DNA of 64,000 bases from Eledone cirrhosa. Its lineage: Eukaryota. How positions within the stretch are numbered: the first letter of the stretch is position 1; the number at the start of each line of letters is the position of its first letter. The stretch is from the NCBI GenBank assembly GCA_964016885.1, contig OZ024750.1:12090001-12154000 (forward strand), in the 5' to 3' direction. Both the position numbers and the translations under genes were made by a program. Positions 11,520 to 25,035 of this stretch are shown in pieces. Below the pieces are notes generated by a model. It worked only from the letters and a program-made list of their open reading frames with translations. It was not told the origin of the DNA and did not search any database.

Positions 11520-13403
11520 TTACTAACAACAATAACAACACATGTAGTTACTAATAAGAAGAAGACATGTAGTTACTAATAAGAAGAAGACATGTAGTTA
11601 CTAATAAGAAGAAGACATGTAGTTACTAATAAGAAGAAGACATGTAGTTACTAATAAGAAGAAGACATGTGGTTACTAATAAGAAGAAGACATGTAGTTA
11701 CTAATAAGAAGAAGACATGTAGATACTAATAAGAAGAAGACATGTGGTTACTAATAAGAAGACATGTAGTTACTAATAAGAAGACATGTGGCTACTAATA
11801 AGAAGAAGACATGTAGATACTAATAAGAAGAAGACATGTAGTTACTAATAAGAAGAAGACATGTGGTTACTAATAATAAGAAGACATGTGGTTACTCATA
11901 AGAAGACATGTAGTTACTAATAAGAAGAAGACATGTAGTTACTAATAAGAAGAAGACATGTGGTTACTAATAAGAAGACATGTAGTTACTAATAAGAAGA
12001 AGACATGTAGTTACTAATAAGAAGAAGACATGTGGTTACTAATAAGAAGAAGACATGTGGTTACTAATAAGAAGAAGACGTGGTTACTAATAAGAAGACA
12101 TGTAGTTACTAATAAGAAGAAGACATGTGGTTACTAATAAGAAGAAGACATGTAGTTACTAATAAGAAGAACTCATGTGGTTACTAATAAGAAGACATGT
12201 GGCTACTAATAAGAAGAAGGCATGTAGTTACTAATAAGAAGACATGTAGATACTAATAAGAAGAAGACATGTAGATACTAATAAGAAGAAGACATGTAGT
12301 TATTAATAAGAAGAAGACATGTAGTTACTAATAAGAAGAAGACATGTGGTTACTAATAAGAAGAAGACATGTGGTTACTAATAAGAAGAAGACATGTGGT
12401 TACTAATAAGAAGACATGTGGTTACTAATAAGGAGAAGACATGTAGTTACTAATAAGGAGAAGACATGTGGTTACTAATAAGAAGAAGACATGTAGTTAC
12501 TAATAAGAAGAAGACATGTAGTTACTAATAAGAAGAAGACATGTGGTTACTAATAAGAAGAAGACATGTAGTTACTAATAAGAAGAAGACATGTAGTTAC
12601 TAATAAGAAGAAGACATGTAGTTACTAATAAGAAGAAGACATGTAGTTACTAATAAGAAGAAGACATGTGGTTACTAATAAGAAGAAGACATGTGGTTAC
12701 TAATAAGAAGAAGACATGTAGTTACTAATAAGAAGAAGACATGTAGTTACTAATAAGAAGAAGACATGTGGTTACTAATAAGAAGAAGACATGTAGTTAC
12801 TAATAAGAAGAAGACATGTGGTTACTAATAAGAAGAAGACATGTAGTTACTAATAAGAAGAAGACATGTAGTTACTAATAAGAAGAAGACATGTGGTTAC
12901 TAATAAGAAGAAGACATGTGGTTACTAATAAGAAGAAGACATGTGGTTACTAATAAGAAGAAGACATGTAGTTACTAATAAGAAGAAGACATGTGGTTAC
13001 TAATAAGAAGAAGACATGTAGTTACTAATAAGAAGAAGAAGACATGTGGTTACTAATAAGAAGAAGACATGTAGTTACTAATAAGAAGAAGACATGTAGT
13101 TACTAATAAGAAGAAGACATGTAGTTACTAATAATAAGAAGACATGTAGTTACTAATAAGAAGAAGACATGTGGTTACTAATAAGAAGAAGACATGTAGT
13201 TACTAATTAGAAGAAGACATGTAGTTACTAATAAGAAGAAGACATGTGGTTACTAATAAGAAGAAGACATGTAGTTACTAATAAGAAGAAGACATGTAGT
13301 TACTAATAAGAAGAAGACATGTGGTTACTAATAAGAAGAAGACATGTAGTTACTAATAAGAAGAAGACATGTGGTTACTAATAAGAAGAAGACATGTGGT
13401 TAC
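11520..13403. repeat. 25-bp tandem satellite, about 75 copies, in the first coding intron
   Basis: Unit agttactaataagaagaagacatgt with a/g and 22-bp (one gaa fewer) variants; abuts the exon donor at 13402-13403. Confidence 0.97.
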
Positions 13404-13464
13404 CTGTTATTTTACTCCATGTTCCAAACAGCAACAGTAATAGATAGAAAAACACACCTGTCAT
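13404..13464 (-). CDS. EGF/FN3 receptor gene, first coding exon (signal peptide)
   Basis: ATG at 13464; MTGVFFYLLLLLFGTWSKIT then G|gtaacc; phase 1 joins exon 8726-8869 in frame (ITA-ITCPEG); upstream acceptor catatag at 13467-13468. Confidence 0.8.
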
Positions 13465-13732
13465 TTCTATATGTTTTAAAGGCTGTGTGTCTGTGTGTGC
13501 AAGTCTCTGTGCATGTGTGTTAGAAAGATTTCATTTATCAATATTCACATTCTGTTTACTTCCAGCAATATAATTCCCAAACCAGTGATGTTTATATATA
13601 TTATTGTATGTCATTAATACAAATACAATACATCATAGCTATGTTGTATTGTCTCACTATAAATTACACCATTTATAAACTGTACAGGAATTACACAGCC
13701 TGTCAGCATTTCTGCAGTAAATATAAATACAT

Positions 13733-14330
13733 GTGTTGTCTTTGTGCTGTGTGTTGTGGTGTGGTGTGTTTTATGAGGTGGTGTGGTGTGTTATGATATG
13801 TTGTGGCGTGTTGTGTCCTGGTGTGTTGTGTTGCGTTGTGTCCTGGAATTTTGTGTTATGGTGTGGTGTAGTGTGCTGTGTTGTGTTGTGTTGTGGTGTG
13901 GTGTGCTGTGTTCTGGTGTGTTGTGTTGTGTCCTGGTGTGTTGTGGTGTGGTGTGGTGTGTTGTGTTGTGTTCTGGTGTGTTGTGTTGTGTCCTGGTGTT
14001 TTGTGTTATGGTGTGGTGTAGTGTGCTGTGTTGTGTTGTGTTGTGGTGTGGTGTGCTGTGTTCTGGTCTGTTGTGTCCTGGTGTGTTGTGGTGTGGTGTG
14101 TTGTGTTGTGTTCTGGTGTGTTGTGTTGTGTCCTGGTGTTTTGTGTTATGGTGTGGTGTAGTGTGCTGTGTTGTGGTGTGGTCTGCTGTGCTGTGTTCTA
14201 GCTGGTGTGTTGTGGTATGGTGTGGTGTGTTGTGTTGCGTTCTGGTGTGTTGTGATCTGGTGTTTTGTGTTGTGTTCTGTTGTGTTTTGTCTTGGTGTGG
14301 TGTGTTATGGAGTGATGTGTCTGTATATTG
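13733..14330. repeat. (TGTGT/TGTGG)n pentameric low-complexity repeat with higher-order duplication
   Basis: Direct inspection. Confidence 0.92.
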
Positions 14331-14478
14331 TGTATCAATTCTAATTATTTCCTTAGTTTTAAATCTCACTATATTACCTTATTATAAAGCTGTTATAAAC
14401 AGAAAGCTAGTAGACAAAAAAACTACCCCAATAAATATAGCATGTAGCTTTACTTAGCAGCTTTACACAGTCACATTT

Positions 14479-14493
14479 GTTGCTCATGGCAAC
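14479..14493. promoter_or_regulatory. Candidate RFX X-box upstream of the receptor gene
   Basis: GTTGCTCATGGCAAC fits the palindromic GTTGC-N(few)-GCAAC X-box; about 1 kb upstream of ATG and just upstream of a good donor (AAG|gtaata, 14378). Confidence 0.3.
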
Positions 14494-14939
14494 AGGTAGA
14501 ATTACTTGCAAAAGAGAAATCTAGATCGCTCGCCTTCATCATATATTTTTGCATGTTATATTTGTAAGGTGCCTAGCAAAAGTTAATTGTATTTATTATA
14601 TGTATTTATTATGTGTATTTATTATATGTGTTTATATTTTCATTCTGAAAGAATTGTGAACAATTTGTAATGTTATTTATACAACTGTCAATGGAAATAA
14701 TGTATATGTTTATTTAAAAAAAACAAGATAAACAGTGGCAATGTGACAGAGAGGGGCAGATATTTATCAATACTCCAGGAATTTAATATACAGCAGCACA
14801 CACACATATATATGGGAAGTTTCTGGAGTGTTTTAATGATAGAGGGTCTCTGTCTTAACATGAGAAGTAATGTGGTATTAAGTGTTTAAATGAAGAACAC
14901 AACATAAAGTCCAGTCCTGATGAGATTTAACCCATAGCT

Positions 14940-14962
14940 ATACATACATATATATATATACT

Positions 14963-15006
<44 letters not shown>

Positions 15007-15058
15007 TACATACAGACATACATACACAGACACAAACATACATACATTCACATATGCA

Positions 15059-15138
<80 letters not shown>

Positions 15139-15790
15139 TATACACACACACATATATCATCATCATCATCGTTTAACGTCCATATTCTATTCCACGCTTG
15201 CATGGGTTTGGAGACAGAGAGAGGCAGTATATATATATACAAACACTCACACACATATATATATATATATATAAACACATACTCACACACACGTATATAT
15301 ATACACACACGCACATACACACATATATGCATACACACACACATATATATTTATATACACATACATATATATATATATTTACAGACACATATATATATTT
15401 ATATATGTATATATTCACACACATATATATATATTTATTCACACACACATATATATATTTAAATTTATATACACACATACTCACACACACACATATATAT
15501 ACACACATACTCACACACACACACACACGCACATATATATATATATACACATACTCACACACACATATATATACACACATACTCACACACACACACACAT
15601 ATATATACACAGATACTCTCTCTCTCACACACGCACATATGTATATACACACACATACTCACACACACACGCACACACACATATATATATACACACATAC
15701 TCACATATACACACATATATATATACACATACTCACACACACACACATATATATATATACACACATACACAGACACACACACACATATTT
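14940..15790. repeat. Compound (CA)n/(TA)n microsatellite region
   Basis: Direct inspection. Confidence 0.95.
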
Positions 15791-16133
15791 TCTGTGTTTA
15801 ATTTGGTTATTTAGAAAACAATTTCTTCCACAGAACGACCACAGAGAAGAAATTTTCTATTCTCTCTTTGATTATATATTTCTGTTTCTGTGTATTTTAT
15901 TGATTCATTGATTCATCATCATCATCACCGTTTTATTTCCATTCTTCCATGCTAGCATGGGTTAGACGGCTTGTCCTGTTGTGGGCAATACCAGGTTGGG
16001 TTACCTTGATTATATATATATATGCATTTCTATTTAATCTTATATATTTGTTATATGATAACAAAAGTAGATTTAGCAGAGGTGAATGGTAAACTTTTTC
16101 TTTCTCTCTCTTTTTTTCTCTTTCTCTCTTTCC

Positions 16134-16169
<36 letters not shown>

Positions 16170-16267
16170 AAATAACACACAAGTGGTTACATTGATATTT
16201 TATATATTAAATATGTTTGGTTCTTATTTCAATCATTTTATTCTAAAAAGTCTATATTGGAAAAGAA

Positions 16268-17560
16268 TATCTGATTTAGGCACAAAGCCAGCCATTTTGG
16301 GGGAGAGGGGAAAGTCGATTAAACCAACCCCATTGCATTACTGGTACTTTATTTTATCGATCTAGTAAGGATGAAAGGCAAAGTTAACCTTGGCGGGATT
16401 TGAACTCAGAGCGTAAAGAGCCTTAACTCTATGCCACTAAGCATGTTGTCCAACGCTCTAACAATTACTACCAACCCACCACCTTTCTATATAGTATAAT
16501 AATAATAAAAATATTTGTAGAAATAAATCCAAGTTGTTCTCCGTTCGATAGATATTTCGTTTCCAAATATTATTTGTTATTGATCTACTATCAGGTATGT
16601 TCTAAACCAAACATTGTCAGGTGTAGTTTCCAAGGGAATAACATAACAAAACCTGTCTAACCAGTTTATGAAGGGCAATAACTTGTATATCAACACATTA
16701 TATCAACAAACTGCTTCACTCTATTGTGAGTACAGTCGAATACTTATAGGAAACAATTGTTTCTACTTTTTGGCACAAAGCCAGTAATTATCCCAGTGTA
16801 TTACTGGTACTTTATTTTATCGACCCCGTAAGGATGAACGGCAAAGTTAACCTGGGCGGGATTTGAACTCAGACCATAAAGGGCCGTAACTCTTTGCTGC
16901 AAAGCATGCGTCCAGCCCTCTACCCATACTGCCAATCCACCGCCACTTATAGGAAATAATAGTTTCTGATTTAGGTATTATTACAAGGCCTACACATTTT
17001 TCTTGGGGGGGTCGATTAAATCGACCCCAGTGCATCACTGGTATTTTATTTTATCGACTTCCTAAGGATGGAAAGCAAAGCTAACTTCGGCGGGATTTGA
17101 ACTCAGATCATAAAAGGCCGTAACTCAATGCCGCAAAGGATGACGTCCGACGCTCTACCAATACTGCCGATCTACCAAAGAAATAATAATTACTAATTTA
17201 TGCAAAAAACTAACAATTTAGGGAAAGGGAAAGTCGACTACATCGACCCCAGTACATTACTGGTACCTTATTTTATCGACCTCGTAAGGATGAAAGGCAA
17301 AGCTAATCTCGGTGGGATTTGAACTTAGAACGTAAAGGGACGTAACTAAAAAAAATAAAATACTACCGAAATAATTGTTTCTACTTCAGGCACAAGGCCA
17401 GCAATTACCCAGTGCATTACTGGTACTTTATTTTATCGACCCTGTAATGATAAAAGGCAAAGTCAACCTCGGCGGGATTTGAACTCAAATCGTAAAGGGA
17501 CGTAACTATGCTGGAAAGCATGGCGTCCGACCCTCTACCTATACTGCCAATTCACCGAAA
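16268..17560 (-). mobile_element. Cluster of five family-1 SINE copies, all minus strand
   Basis: Copies at about 16268-16485, 16755-16945 (flanked by acttataggaaa duplication), 16960-17180, 17185-17350, 17370-17560. Confidence 0.88.
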
Positions 17561-17843
17561 TAATAAGCAGAAAATATTTAACTAAATCTTTTTTAAAGGG
17601 AAGCAATGAATTGTAAAATAAGTAGATTTATTTCCCTTTACGCCTAATTCTTCTTCTTCTTCTTCTTCTTCTAGAGGGGGTCGTCGGGAGTGGGAGGAAG
17701 AGTCCTCAAATACTCCTTTTGTACATAATCCGTTGTGTAATAAGAAAAGGATATAATTAAATAATTTTACTATGAAATATAATTCTTATGGACTTTTCTT
17801 ACTGATAACCTTTATTTTTCTTAAACGATTTTCGTTAATAATG

Positions 17844-17918
<75 letters not shown>

Positions 17919-18624
17919 GGTTACACAACAGTTAGTTCACCATACCGAGAACAATGTATATATATATATATTTAATAATATATTTATATATATTTGTATA
18001 TAATAAGTTGACGGAACTATATATATATATATATTTGTGTATGTATGTGTGTGTATATATATATATATATACATGTACACTAAATCGATTTCTTGTTATC
18101 GCCCTTCTTAATTCAGCTCTGAGTTATTCACCTTGCTTTATTTCCAGCCGAAAATAGCTGATTCTATCTTTTAGCAACACGAGTTTCAGTTATAAAACAG
18201 TGACAGGAACAGATAACTCTTTAACCCTTTATTTATTTCTCTCTCGCCACTCTTTCTCACTACTGCCACAATTGCTGTTGCTTTTGTCAGAATACAAGAC
18301 TGCCTTTTTTTCTGTCTGTCGCGGCCCATAGCGAACTCGTTTCTGCTGCTCTCTTGTTTAGGTTTCTCTACCACCACGCATCATACTAACAGAAATTTTG
18401 ATTCTGTGGCGCGGACTAGCCTTAAATACATGATTCCTTCCTACCGCGCGAAATCATGTGGTCAGAGGAAAGTTGGCGAGATTCTGATGTTCTTTTGTTT
18501 TTCAATTTTACTTTCTTCGCTGTTATCCTATTCTTACGTCTCTATGTCAACCTATATGCTATATCACTCACATTTCCCCTTGGGTCATCGAAAACAACCA
18601 TCCCCAATCACTTGTATGCAATAA

Positions 18625-18840
18625 GGAAGGTGCCCAAGCTGGACCAATGAAGACCAGTTAAATCAGTGGCTGACGGAATTTTTTGCACGGAAGCCAGAAG
18701 AATTCTACATGGATGGAATCATGTGCTTTTCTAAATGATGGCAGAGGGTATTTGCAAATGATACCGATTATTTTGACTTGTAAAATTTTCCTAATGTTAA
18801 AAAACGCCAAAGTCAATAAAAATTTGAGACACTCCTAGTC
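18625..18840 (+). mobile_element. Decayed mariner transposase C-terminus with probable right TIR
   Basis: WTNEDQLNQWLTEFFARKPEEFYMDGIMCFSK*WQRVFANDTDYFDL* resembles the mariner C-terminus (W..EFFASKP..FY..GI..L..RWQKV....G.Y); followed by aataaaaatttgagacactcctagt. Confidence 0.8.
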
Positions 18841-19194
18841 TTCCTTAACACATTTCTCTAGGAGGAGGTCACTCTGATATAAAATCCACGACTTCGTTTG
18901 CATCCAATGATGTAGAGGGGTTCTACTTTTTGGATAAATTGATTCGATGTTCAGAGAGTGGGATTGGCCCCATGCAAAAGCTTTCCTCACTTAAAAAAAG
19001 AGTTAAACACAGGCATCGCATTGATATGTCACATTGATATGTGACATTTCTTTTGCGATGCATGGCATTGCTGGCCATAGGCATGTCCCTAGCAGGGCTA
19101 AAAACCCAGGACTGTGATGCTCATGCTTAAGCATTAAGTGATGCCATTACTCGAATCGAGTTGCATCATGTATGTATGCATATATGTATGCATG

Positions 19195-19249
<55 letters not shown>

Positions 19250-21412
19250 ACACGGAAAAGTTTTCCTTATGCATATGTGTGCACGTGTGACAGTCACGGT
19301 TGACGGAACCAAACTGTCACACTTTTTAAAAAAAGAATATTATTTCGTTAATTGTGGTTAATTTAAAAGACTTCCAGTATTACCAAGTTGGCTTCCTTCT
19401 TCTTTACAGCAACAGAACTGAAACATGTTAGATCATGTTCTGATGTTAAGCTGAACTAATCTTATTGTATATTCATCTCATATAGTGTTTTTAACTCGCT
19501 TTAGTCTCTCGTTTGTCTCTTAAGAAAATGTAAACTCTTTGGGATAAACAACAAACAACTGAGTCTGTTATCTCGTAAATTAATAGAAATTTAATTAAAT
19601 ATACAATTAGAAATTTGTTTTATAATGGTTCTAGTGGGAGTAGTAGTGGGATGTGGGAGTGAGGAGGGGTGAATGATTTCATTTCTTATTTCGTGTAGTA
19701 ATATGTTGAGTAACTTCAACAAGAACTGTAGTTTTATTTTATTCAGGTGAAAGCTGATTGCGTGAGCCATGATTCATCAATATTAGAAACACCTGTTTTT
19801 TAAAAAAAGACAAGTACCAAATTTCATTGCTCAGTTTTCATTCGGACATAAATATTTGTACTAACATGACAAAGTAAAAATGACATGTTATGCAATTTAT
19901 TTCGTGTTGTTCACGGTCCGTTGTGTCTATCTCACTAAGTAACATATAGTTTATAACACCGGAAAAACAAAACAACACATAAATGTGCAAGAAAAGGATG
20001 TAGTCGTCTTGAATTCTCATTTAAATACAAACTGATTCGAATTTTAATAAACCTTGGTACTTGTGTTATCAGTCTGTGAAAATGAAAGGTGAAGATGACC
20101 CTAGAACAAGTTTGTTGAACAATGGTGGAAATACTGTAAAACAATCCATTCGATACGCAAATGCTTATATCATCTTGTTACATTTCACTACGTAATATAA
20201 GTAATATAATGACAGCCCTTTTAGTTGGATCTGAGGAAGTATATTCGTCTGTGGGTCACGTCGTGCTCGTTTAGAATGATCAGCCATTGGTATGTAGAGA
20301 GATTGACTTCTTTCATATCATCTGCTATTAGTATAACGGTATCTATTCTATCAACACACGTATATCGAGTTACACTTATCTTTCTTTCATTGGTATCATA
20401 ACCAATCAAACAACTCTGACTGCCATCTTACAAACAGTTTCTCTCTAGTGATTCTTAATTTTTCATTATTTCTACCAATTTTCCTTATTTCTACTGAGAT
20501 TTTAAGCGAAATATCATTTGATTTTATTCCACTTATATCATCCAAACATTCTTCCTCACTAAGGCAGCTTTTACGTACAATAAAGGCAAGGCTTTGTTTT
20601 TGGAACAATATGTAAAATTAGAAAAAAAGGACATGTTCCAATAAAGCTCCTCTCATGAATTGAACCGTATTACAGCCCTTAGTAAGTGTTTATTAAGAAT
20701 GGTTAACATTTTTTAATACAGGAGTTGTTTTATTTTGTCTGAAATTAATGCCATAAACATAGAATGGAAAATACTATACTATAATTTACTAAAATACTAT
20801 GCTATAATTTACTAAAATACTATACTATAATTTACTAAGATACTATATTATAATTTACAACTAATTAAGAAGTAATATTGATGAAAATAATAAATTATGC
20901 ATGTGCCATGACAGTTGTTTATGAAGGAAGCTCCAGTTGATGGGAATTAAATCGTGTGGAAAGAAATAATACCTGAAGCAAAAACACACAGTGGGGAGTT
21001 TTAGATAATATCAAATATCAATAACACATTAAAAATTGATTCCAGACGTATCTTTCAACAAAGGCACATAAATTATCAAGGAGAGAATTTGTATATATTG
21101 GGGATTAAATAACCAATATAGAATTCTTTTGAAACAATGATTTCTTATATATGTAACCGGTAGAATATTTTTCCGTGGTGGGGGAAATTAAATTTTGTGA
21201 TTTTCATATTTATAGACAATGTTTGCTATGTGAAGTTGTTTTTACGGACGGATTGGAAACCAATTTTACAAACTTTTGGTGGCAATTGACGAAGACTTAC
21301 GAATAACCGTAGTAACTCCAGGGTACCTTTACAGACGATTTCATTGTCATTTCAAGATACTGTTTGTAAATTGTGTGAAAGAACAAGAGATACGTAAAAC
21401 TATATATATATA

Positions 21413-21622
21413 TATAGTAATAATAATAAATGTGAAGACTAAAATCCAAAGAGGGCTCGATAAGGATAAATATATATCAAATATATAAGAACCCTAGAGC
21501 AAATATCTATTAAAATAACAGGTTAAAGTTTAAGCAAAGAATCGCTAACAGGATCTTCTGAAGATCCTGTTAAGGGTGAAAGCAGCGATTGTTTGCTTAA
21601 ACTTTAATCTGTTATTTTAATA
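21413..21622 (+). mobile_element. (TA)n-embedded fold-back element with hammerhead-like core (Penelope-like remnant)
   Basis: Arms ttaaaataacaggttaaagtttaagcaaa / tttgcttaaactttaatctgttattttaa; core CTGAAGA-tcc.....ggg-t-GAAA; related pieces at 26946-27040, 37036-37168, 56148-56200, 63955-64000. Confidence 0.55.
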
Positions 21623-21623
21623 A

Positions 21624-22070
<447 letters not shown>

Positions 22071-22475
22071 AGGAGGAGGTTATAGTTCACTTGAAGCATT
22101 GTGTAATGAGGTAAAAACGTTAGAATATGTGTAATAAGGCCAAGACAATGCAGGTATGGACATAGAAAAAAGAATGCAATAGTGAAAGATATTGATGTGA
22201 ATTCGTCTTTCACCTTGAATTTATTTAAATGTCCTTAATTTTCGAGATAATATCTCTTCTTCGGATCCCTCTCGCATGCTCCGAAGATCTGACTGGTTAT
22301 AATTCTGTATTGGCGATCGAGTGACGCAAAATTAGGCGGATAGCGATCTCTAGACAGACCAGTTCAGTGAAACAAATGTAAGCTATGTGATTAAAAACTT
22401 TTTTGTATAGCAAACCATGTAAACCTTCTTTCCTGATTTATATACATATATATATATATATGTATATATATATAC

Positions 22476-22506
<31 letters not shown>

Positions 22507-22633
22507 CATATATATATGTATATCGGGGCTGACACTGGAATCGATAGCTCCTCAGACGCATGGATCTTCTAGTGTTCCCGCCTGTTTTTACCATTATTAT
22601 TATATTTATGTATTTATACACACACACACACAC

Positions 22634-22690
<57 letters not shown>

Positions 22691-22849
22691 TGTGTGTATG
22701 TGTATTGGGGGTTATGAAAGGGAGGTGGTGATAACTAGAGAGAGAGGGGGGGGGGGATGAAGAAGAATATATGCAGACAGGTATTTTGTTTGTTTCTGAG
22801 CAAGTAAATAGAGAAAAGCCGGCTACCAACTTTACAGACATCTAAACCA

Positions 22850-23127
22850 ATAGAGAGGGGGAGAGAGAGAGGGGGAGAGAGAGAGGGGGAGAGAGAGAGG
22901 GGGAGGGGGAGGGAGAGAGGGGGAGAGGGAGAGAGAGAGAGGGGGAGAGAGAGAGAGAGAGAGAACATTTAGCCTTAGACAGAGAGTTAAATAGAGATAA
23001 CTAGAATAATAGACGGACGAGGGCAGCCATGCCCATATACATACACACGTACACACATATATATACGCACACACACACACACACATATATATATACACAC
23101 GTACACACATACAGACACGTACATACG

Positions 23128-23171
<44 letters not shown>

Positions 23172-23328
23172 AACACGTACACACACATACATACAGACAC
23201 GTACATACACACAAACACACATATATATATACACACACATACACACACATATACTGACACGTACATACACACACACACATATATATATATATACATACAG
23301 ACACGTACACACACACACATACAGACAC

Positions 23329-23373
<45 letters not shown>

Positions 23374-23541
23374 CTCGTACACACACATACACACACACAC
23401 ATACAGACACGTACACACACACATACAGACACAGACACACACACACACACACACATACAGACACATACACACACACATATACATACATGCACACACATAC
23501 ATATACAGACACGTACATACACACACACACATACCGACACG

Positions 23542-23583
<42 letters not shown>

Positions 23584-23590
23584 CGTACAG
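22850..23590. repeat. GA-rich tract followed by compound (CA)/(TA) microsatellite
   Basis: Direct inspection. Confidence 0.93.
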
Positions 23591-23902
23591 AGATATGTCT
23601 AAATACATATGAGGCGAGAGAAAAAAAGGGCGTGAATGAGTTCCCTAAAGATGTGGGTGGGGAGATTAGTGATATTTTGGCTGTAAATTGAATACACAAA
23701 GAAGGATTTAAACGATTTAATAATTAGCTGAGAGTAGCGGTACTCCGTCAGTTACAACGACGAGTGTTCCAGTCGATACGATCAACGGGAGAGCCTGCTC
23801 CTGAAGTAAACGTGCAAGTGGTCGAACATTCCACAAACGCGTGCACACATAACGTAGTTCTCAGGAAGATCCAGCACGATATAGAATGTGACAAGGCTGG
23901 CA

Positions 23903-24172
23903 GTGGAGACTTTTGGTGGCCTTGGCCCTAGGGCTACCTCCCTACTCACCACCATTAGGCGCTGAGCTGGCCAGCCACAGGTGTGGAGACTTCTGGTGTC
24001 CTTGGCCCTAGGGCTACCTCCCTACTCACCACCATAGGCGCTGAGCTGGTCAGCCGCAGGTGTGAGCCTCGCGAGAGTCAGCGCATCTCCCTTACTATCC
24101 TCCGGGGAAACGCCTTCTCCATTCTGTTCGCCAGGGCCGTGGGGTGGCCAACACGTAGGACCCCATTTGCTC
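23903..24172 (+). mobile_element. CRE-like non-LTR retrotransposon 3' end (RLE C-terminus), first ~80 bp tandemly duplicated
   Basis: ETSGVLGPRATSLLTTIGAEL...EPRE..QRISLTILRGNAFSIL resembles the CRE-clade motif ET.G.WG..A..L...G..L.......QR.S.AI.RGNA..I; further copies at 28640-28800 and 32060-32165. Confidence 0.7.
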
Positions 24173-24998
24173 ACAATACAGAGAGATGGGGGAAGGCAAG
24201 AGAGACGGAGGTGATGGCAGTGGGAGTTCAGCTCTTCCACGTTCGGACACATTGCACCTGTCATGTGGACCATTATTTGTACAATCACAAATCCCGCCGA
24301 GGTTGACTTTGCCTTTCATCCTTACGGGGTAGATAAAATAAAGTACCAGTAATGCACTGATTTAATTGCTGGCCTTGTGCCAAAAGTAGAAACCATTATT
24401 TGTTCAATCACATGTGAAAGGTATTTTATAAATAGATTCATCGTTCGGTTATGTGGCTGCACTAAATTATAGTATTATTATCATTGTTACTCATTTTTTT
24501 GTCAGCTGAGCAGACTGGAACAACGTGAAATAAAGTGTCTTGCTTAAGGACACAATGTACCGATTGTGAGCGAAATACATTTACCACAAAGCCACGCGCT
24601 TTCACAAATGAGAGAGTAAACTTCATTAAAATACACAAAGGCGTTAATCAACAAAGTAGAAAGAAAGAAAATATAGGTCAGTGGAACATAGGATACACCT
24701 CTTGTGTCTGTGTGATTCTGGTTCTTTTTTATTTTTGACAAATTGAGCTGAGCTGAGCAAAACCCGAAGTTTATGTGTTGTTTGAAGACTAATTGTAAAT
24801 AGGAGAGTTTGTCTGTCATGCAAACACTAACATTCTTTATTGCAGACACAAACCCGTAGTTCATTTTTGGTTTGTGTTTGTGTCTATCTACGTCAGAATT
24901 TAACTATGTACGTATATAAATATGTGTTTGCTGAGAAATTATCTCTCTCTCTCTCTCTCTGTGCATGTGGTCTGAACACAGTCAATTTCTTTGGAGAT

Positions 24999-25035
<37 letters not shown>

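Noticed and set aside
11520-13403. CRISPR array or recursive-splicing array
   Set aside because: No unique spacers, eukaryotic context, no cas genes; AG and GT overlap (AGT) rather than forming AG|GT ratchet points
13733-14457. Cys/Val-rich and His/Thr-rich ORFs
   Set aside because: Translations of TGTGT/TGTGG repeats
14917-14940. CTGATGA as a hammerhead
   Set aside because: No stem II or GAAA follows
22230-22330. Possible Penelope GIY-YIG fragment (minus strand IFGACERDPKKRYY)
   Set aside because: Only a 14-residue resemblance followed by a stop; too weak to call without a search
22510-22560. Hammerhead-like CTGAGGA...GATA on minus strand
   Set aside because: GAAA mutated, stem II out of register and no stem I
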